DNA of 64,000 bases, taken from assembly GCA_044506615.1 (NCBI GenBank), contig JBIQKJ010000010.1, positions 68,440 through 132,439 of the forward strand, in the 5' to 3' direction. The notes under the pieces are model-generated. The model was not told where the DNA came from. It saw only the letters and a list, made by a program, of their open reading frames with translations, and did not search any database. This DNA comes from Chloroflexota bacterium (lineage in GTDB: Bacteria; Chloroflexota; Limnocylindria; Limnocylindrales; CSP1-4). Of the stretch, positions 60,219 through 64,000 are shown in pieces; position 1 is the stretch's first letter, and the number at the start of each line of letters is the position of its first letter. The position numbers were made by a program, and so were the translations under genes.

Positions 60219-60301
60219 GTGGTGGACGACGCCCCGCCGCGGCCGCGGAGGAGCCACGCGCCGCCGCGACTCCGGGAGGCGCCACGCCCCCCGGCCGAGC
60301 G

Positions 60302-61537
60302 TCAGACCGCGCCGCTCGGCAGCGACTCGTCGGCGACCCGCTCCTCGCCCCGCGGCTTCGCCGACAGAGCGTACGCGATCGATCCCAGCACGATGATCGA
60401 GAACACGCTGATCACCCGGTCGAGCAGCACGATCGCGGTCGCCTCAGCCACCGGGACGCCGTATGCGTTCGTCAGCACCCACGCGACCCCGAGCTCGACC
60501 ACGCCGAGACCGGCAGGCGCCAGCGGCACCGCGGTCAGCAGCGACCCGATGAGCGCCACGAACACCGCTCCCGAGATCCCGAGCGTCACGTCGGAGAACC
60601 CGAACGCCTGGACCACGAAGAACAGCCGAAGCGACTCGGTCGCCCAGATGAGCCCGGTGAGGATCCCGAACCGCGGCAGCTGTCGGACGCCGATCGCCCC
60701 GAACACGCCCTCCTCGAACCGGTCGTACAGCTCGAGCACCTGGCCGGGCAGCGGCAGCGCGACGATCAGCCGCCGGCCGAAGTTGCGCAGCGTGAACATC
60801 CCGAGCCCCAGCCCGAGGATCACGACCAGCCCGACGACGAACACGGCCTGGATCGGCCCCGGCATGCCGCTCCGGAAGCTCCAGAACCCGGCAGCGAGCC
60901 CGAGCGTGGCAATCGCGAACAGATCGAGGATTCGCTCGGTGAAGACGGTCCCGAAGGTCCGGCTCAGCGAGGTCGTGCTGTTGATCTTGAGCAGGTACGC
61001 GCGGTAGACGTCGCCGAGCTTCGCCGGCACCACGCAGTTCACGAGCCACGACAGGAAGAGGATCTCGGTCGCGTCCTTGACCCGGATCCGGACGCCGCTC
61101 CCGCGCAGCAGGCTCGCCCAGCGGTAGCCGCGCAGCGGGAAGCCGAGGTAGAAGATTCCGAAGGCGAGGAGGATCAGCAACGGGTTCGCCTGGAGGATCA
61201 GGCTCGGAACCCGCTCGAGGTCCTCGCGGTTCAGGTAGACGAAGACCGCGATGATGACGAGCGGGACCGCGATCGACAGGATCGTTCGGGGCTGTCGCAG
61301 CCGCGCCTTGATCGAGAGGCTCTCGCGGGACGGTCCCTCGGCGTCGGCGTCGTCCGCGCGTCGCGGTGCGGGCGGGGCGGATGGTGATGGGGTCGGTCCC
61401 CGATCTGCCGGCGCGGGGCGCGCGCTACCGGGGATGGCTCGGTCGTGCAGCGGGAGGTCCATCGGATCGGACGGTACCGAGCCGCCCTCGCCGGGCGCCA
61501 TCGGCCGATGGTCCTGCCCCCCGCCCCCTGCGCTCAC
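60302..61537 (-). CDS. Lysylphosphatidylglycerol-synthase-TM-like (flippase-like, UPF0104) membrane protein
   Basis: GTG 61537 overlaps the PHP stop. Pro/Ala-rich N-terminus, then LRGYRWASLLR, LSWLVNCVVPAKLGDVYRAYLLK, and about 8 TM helices. Confidence 0.7.
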   Translation of the reverse strand: MSAGGGGQDHRPMAPGEGGSVPSDPMDLPLHDRAIPGSARPAPADRGPTPSPSAPPAPRRADDADAEGPSRESLSIKARLRQPRTILSIAVPLVIIAVFVYLNREDLERVPSLILQANPLLILLAFGIFYLGFPLRGYRWASLLRGSGVRIRVKDATEILFLSWLVNCVVPAKLGDVYRAYLLKINSTTSLSRTFGTVFTERILDLFAIATLGLAAGFWSFRSGMPGPIQAVFVVGLVVILGLGLGMFTLRNFGRRLIVALPLPGQVLELYDRFEEGVFGAIGVRQLPRFGILTGLIWATESLRLFFVVQAFGFSDVTLGISGAVFVALIGSLLTAVPLAPAGLGVVELGVAWVLTNAYGVPVAEATAIVLLDRVISVFSIIVLGSIAYALSAKPRGEERVADESLPSGAV

Positions 61538-62271
61538 GGCGCGTCGCTCCCCGGATCCCGCGCGGCCCCGATCGCCCCAGTCGGTCCCACTGCGACCGGC
61601 GGCCGCCGGTTGCCGCGGACGCGATGGACGACCTTCGCGAACGGGGTCGCGAGCCGCACGAAGTACGTCGCCCGGCCCGGGCTGATCCGGGCCGTCGGCA
61701 GCGCCGACAGCAGCCCCGCGGGGGTCGACGGATCGGTGTCGAACGCGGTCTGCGCCACGCCGACCTCGAGGACGGTGTGCGCATCGGACACCGCGATGCC
61801 GGGCAGGCCCTCCTCCAGCGCGAACGCGCTCGCGCGCTCGTTCCCGTCGCCGACCATGATCCGCGCGTTGTGGACCTCGACCCAGTCGACCTTGGAGGCG
61901 AGCGACGCCATCGCGAGGTCGCGCAGGAGCGAGCCCCGGGAGCGGTCGAACGGGTGCGGGATCCCGACGAGCCCGCCCTGCTCCCGCACGGCCGCGATCG
62001 TGTCGTCGGCCGACAGGCCGCGCGGCACCGCGCGCTCGAGGAACAGGCAGATCAGGTCGCCGTCGCGGGTCCGCACCTCCTCGCCGACGATCACGGTCAG
62101 CCCGGACGGCGCGACGTCACGGACGGCGAGGGCGCCGTCGATCCGCTCGTGGTCGGTGATCGCGAGGTGGGTCAGCCCCCGGGCGGCGGCGGCGCGCACG
62201 ACGGCGGACGGCCGGGCGAGGCTGTCGAAGCTCGCCGCAGTGTGAACGTGAAGATCGGCGAAGAACGTCAA
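61534..62271 (-). CDS. PHP-domain metal-dependent phosphoesterase
   Basis: FADLHVHTAASFDS, LAITDHE, GIPHPFD, VSDAH. Confidence 0.8.
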   Translation of the reverse strand: MTFFADLHVHTAASFDSLARPSAVVRAAAARGLTHLAITDHERIDGALAVRDVAPSGLTVIVGEEVRTRDGDLICLFLERAVPRGLSADDTIAAVREQGGLVGIPHPFDRSRGSLLRDLAMASLASKVDWVEVHNARIMVGDGNERASAFALEEGLPGIAVSDAHTVLEVGVAQTAFDTDPSTPAGLLSALPTARISPGRATYFVRLATPFAKVVHRVRGNRRPPVAVGPTGAIGAARDPGSDAP

Positions 62272-62335
62272 ACCGGAGCGGGGTGGCGCCGATCGTCACG
62301 ACCCGCGACGGGACGCGCGACGGTGCCCGGGGCCA

Positions 62336-63334
62336 TCAGATCTGCTGGACGAGGGACTTCTTGAAGAAGTCGAAGTGCTCGAGCGCGAGGCCGGTCCCGA
62401 GCGCGACGCAGTTGAGCGAGTTCTCGGCGACGTGGCACGGCACGCCGGTCACCTGGGTGAGCAGCTTGTCGACGTTGCGCAGCAGCGCCCCGCCGCCGGA
62501 CATGACCATGCCCTTGTCGATGATGTCCGACGACAGCTCGGGCGGTGTCTGCTCGAGGACCGCGCGGACCGCTGCGACGAGCTGCTGCAGCGGCGCCTCG
62601 ATCGCCTCCATCACCTCGGACGAGGTGATCGGGATCGTGCGCGGCAGGCCGGCGATCAGGTCGCGCCCACGGACCTCCATCGAGAGCTCACGCTCGAGCG
62701 GTAGCGCGGTGCCGATCTGCATCTTGACCTCTTCGGCCGTCCGCTCGCCGATCATGAGGTTGTACTTCTTGCGGATGTAGGTCGCGATCGCCTCGTCGAA
62801 CTTGTTCCCGCCGACGCGCAGGCTGTGCGACACGACGATCCCGCCGAGCGCGATCACCGCGATCTCGCTCGTCCCGCCCCCGATGTCGATGATCAGGTTC
62901 CCCGACGGACCGCTGATCGGGACGTTGGCGCCGATCGCGGCGGCGAGCGGCTCCTCGATGAGGAACGCCTCCTTCGCGCCGGCCTTGAGCGTCGCGTCGC
63001 GCACGGCCCGCTTCTCGACCGACGTCACGCCGGCCGGCACCGAGATCATCACGTCGGGTCGCGACAGGCCGATCCGGCCCTTCGTCGCCTTGGCGATGAA
63101 GAAGCGGAGCATCGCCTCGGTGATGACGTAGTCGGCGATGACGCCGTCCTTCATCGGGCGGATGGCCTGGATGTTGCCGGGCGTGCGCCCGATCATCTCG
63201 CGCGCCTCCTCGCCGACGGCGACGATCCGGTTGTCGTCGCTCACCGCCACGACGGAGGGCTCGGTGATGACGATGCCCTTGCCCTTGACGTAGACGAGGA
63301 CGTTGGCCGTGCCGAGGTCGATGCCGATCTTCAT
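62336..63334 (-). CDS. mreB: Rod shape-determining actin homologue MreB
   Basis: [53 protein letters not shown] 63334 overlaps the murA stop (ATGA). Confidence 0.95.
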   Translation of the reverse strand: MKIGIDLGTANVLVYVKGKGIVITEPSVVAVSDDNRIVAVGEEAREMIGRTPGNIQAIRPMKDGVIADYVITEAMLRFFIAKATKGRIGLSRPDVMISVPAGVTSVEKRAVRDATLKAGAKEAFLIEEPLAAAIGANVPISGPSGNLIIDIGGGTSEIAVIALGGIVVSHSLRVGGNKFDEAIATYIRKKYNLMIGERTAEEVKMQIGTALPLERELSMEVRGRDLIAGLPRTIPITSSEVMEAIEAPLQQLVAAVRAVLEQTPPELSSDIIDKGMVMSGGGALLRNVDKLLTQVTGVPCHVAENSLNCVALGTGLALEHFDFFKKSLVQQI

Positions 63335-64000
63335 GAGGTCGTGACTGCGGTCCCTTCTGCGTGGCGCTCGATCCTCGCGCCGAGGTCGAGGAACTTCCGC
63401 TGGATGTTCTCATAGCCCCGGTGAACGTGGTGCGCACCGTGAATCGTCGTCGTGCCCTCGGCCGCGAGCGCGGCGAGGATCAGCGAGGCGCCCGCGCGCA
63501 GGTCGCCGATCTCGACGTCGGCGCCGCGCAATCGGGCGGGGCCGGTGATCGAGGCGTGGTGGTTGTCGTGGATCTCGACCCCCGCGCCCATCTTGGCCAG
63601 CTCCTCGAGCCACTCGAGGCGATCCTCGAAGATCGTCTCGTGGACCCGGGACGTGCCTGTCGCCTGGCTGAGCAGGACGCAGGTGGGCGGCTGGAGGTCG
63701 GTTGCGAGGCCCGGGTACGGGGCCGTCTCGACGTCGCAGGCGCGATAGCCGCCGTCGAGCAGCCCCCGGCCGTCGACCTCGATCGTGTCAGTGCCGCAGG
63801 CGACCGCGACGCCCGCCCGACCCATGAGCTCGAGGAAGCTCGCGAGGTGGTCGCAGGCCGCGTTCTCGAGCCGCACCTGGCCGCCCGTGACCGCGGCCGC
63901 GACGACGAACGTGCCGGATTCGATGCGGTCAGGGATGACCTTGTGCTCGGCCCCGCGCAGCCGGCGCTTGCCGTGGACCTCGATCGTGTCGGGGTACGTG
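63331..64000 (-). CDS. murA: UDP-N-acetylglucosamine 1-carboxyvinyltransferase, C-terminal part (5' end outside window)
   Basis: Frame stays open to the window edge. [71 protein letters not shown] align with E. coli MurA from memory. Confidence 0.9.
   Translation of the reverse strand, partial: TYPDTIEVHGKRRLRGAEHKVIPDRIESGTFVVAAAVTGGQVRLENAACDHLASFLELMGRAGVAVACGTDTIEVDGRGLLDGGYRACDVETAPYPGLATDLQPPTCVLLSQATGTSRVHETIFEDRLEWLEELAKMGAGVEIHDNHHASITGPARLRGADVEIGDLRAGASLILAALAAEGTTTIHGAHHVHRGYENIQRKFLDLGARIERHAEGTAVTTS

Noticed and set aside
59482-61387. Long plus-strand ORFs 59482..60396 and 60029..61387
   Set aside because: Both are extremely Arg/Pro/Gly-rich. The second is antisense to the flippase-like membrane protein and the first covers the non-coding island. 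No domain-like motifs were seen.
1-64000. tRNA, rRNA or tmRNA genes
   Set aside because: I saw no cloverleaf-compatible segment with a GTTCGAATC/GGTTCGA-type T-arm outside coding regions and no rRNA-like stretch. The few intergenic regions are short or are the repeat islands already described.

Overview
Very GC-rich bacterial chromosome segment; codon third positions are almost always G/C. The comF-hpf synteny, MreB/MurA and a secretin-less Tad locus suggest a monoderm, Actinomycetota- or Chloroflexota-like organism. About 65 genes are tightly packed. Many use GTG/TTG starts and many are coupled through 4-nt ATGA/GTGA/TTGA start/stop overlaps. Layout: (i) 1-2.3 kb: MFS fragment, an acidic membrane protein, pcm and an orphan RHH protein. 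(ii) 2.4-39.4 kb: a very large envelope-glycan locus. It holds 13 of the window's 15 polytopic GT-C-like membrane proteins (DUF2029/GT87-like, ArnT/PMT-like and unclassified), three polyprenyl-phosphate-sugar GT2 synthases, a GT4, and a WecE/ArnC-like amino-sugar operon. It also holds two membrane-fused spermidine-synthase-like proteins, two methyltransferases, a PIG-L deacetylase, a FemAB/CelD-like acyltransferase, and an ACP/SDR/AMP-ligase/LuxE/LuxC acyl cassette. (iii) 39.4-42.5 kb: a soluble DegS/DegU-like HisKA_3 kinase, a NarL-type regulator and a degenerate second kinase, translationally coupled to the genes on both sides. (iv) 42.5-50.1 kb: four Flp pilin genes (two encode identical mature peptides) and a minimal Tad machine (CpaB, REC-CpaE/TadZ, CpaF, TadB, TadC, DUF192). 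(v) 50.1-60.3 kb: a patchier region with an intact IS1595-family element (15-bp IRs, 8-bp TSD), an HTH-PD-(D/E)xK fusion, comF, hpf, a second small glycosylation cluster, nfo, repeat-rich non-coding islands and an XRE regulator. (vi) 60.3-64 kb: flippase-like protein, PHP, mreB and murA. No rRNA, tRNA or CRISPR array was recognised. All functional calls come from motif-level reading of the supplied translations and of the DNA by eye, not from database searches. Start codons are often uncertain.
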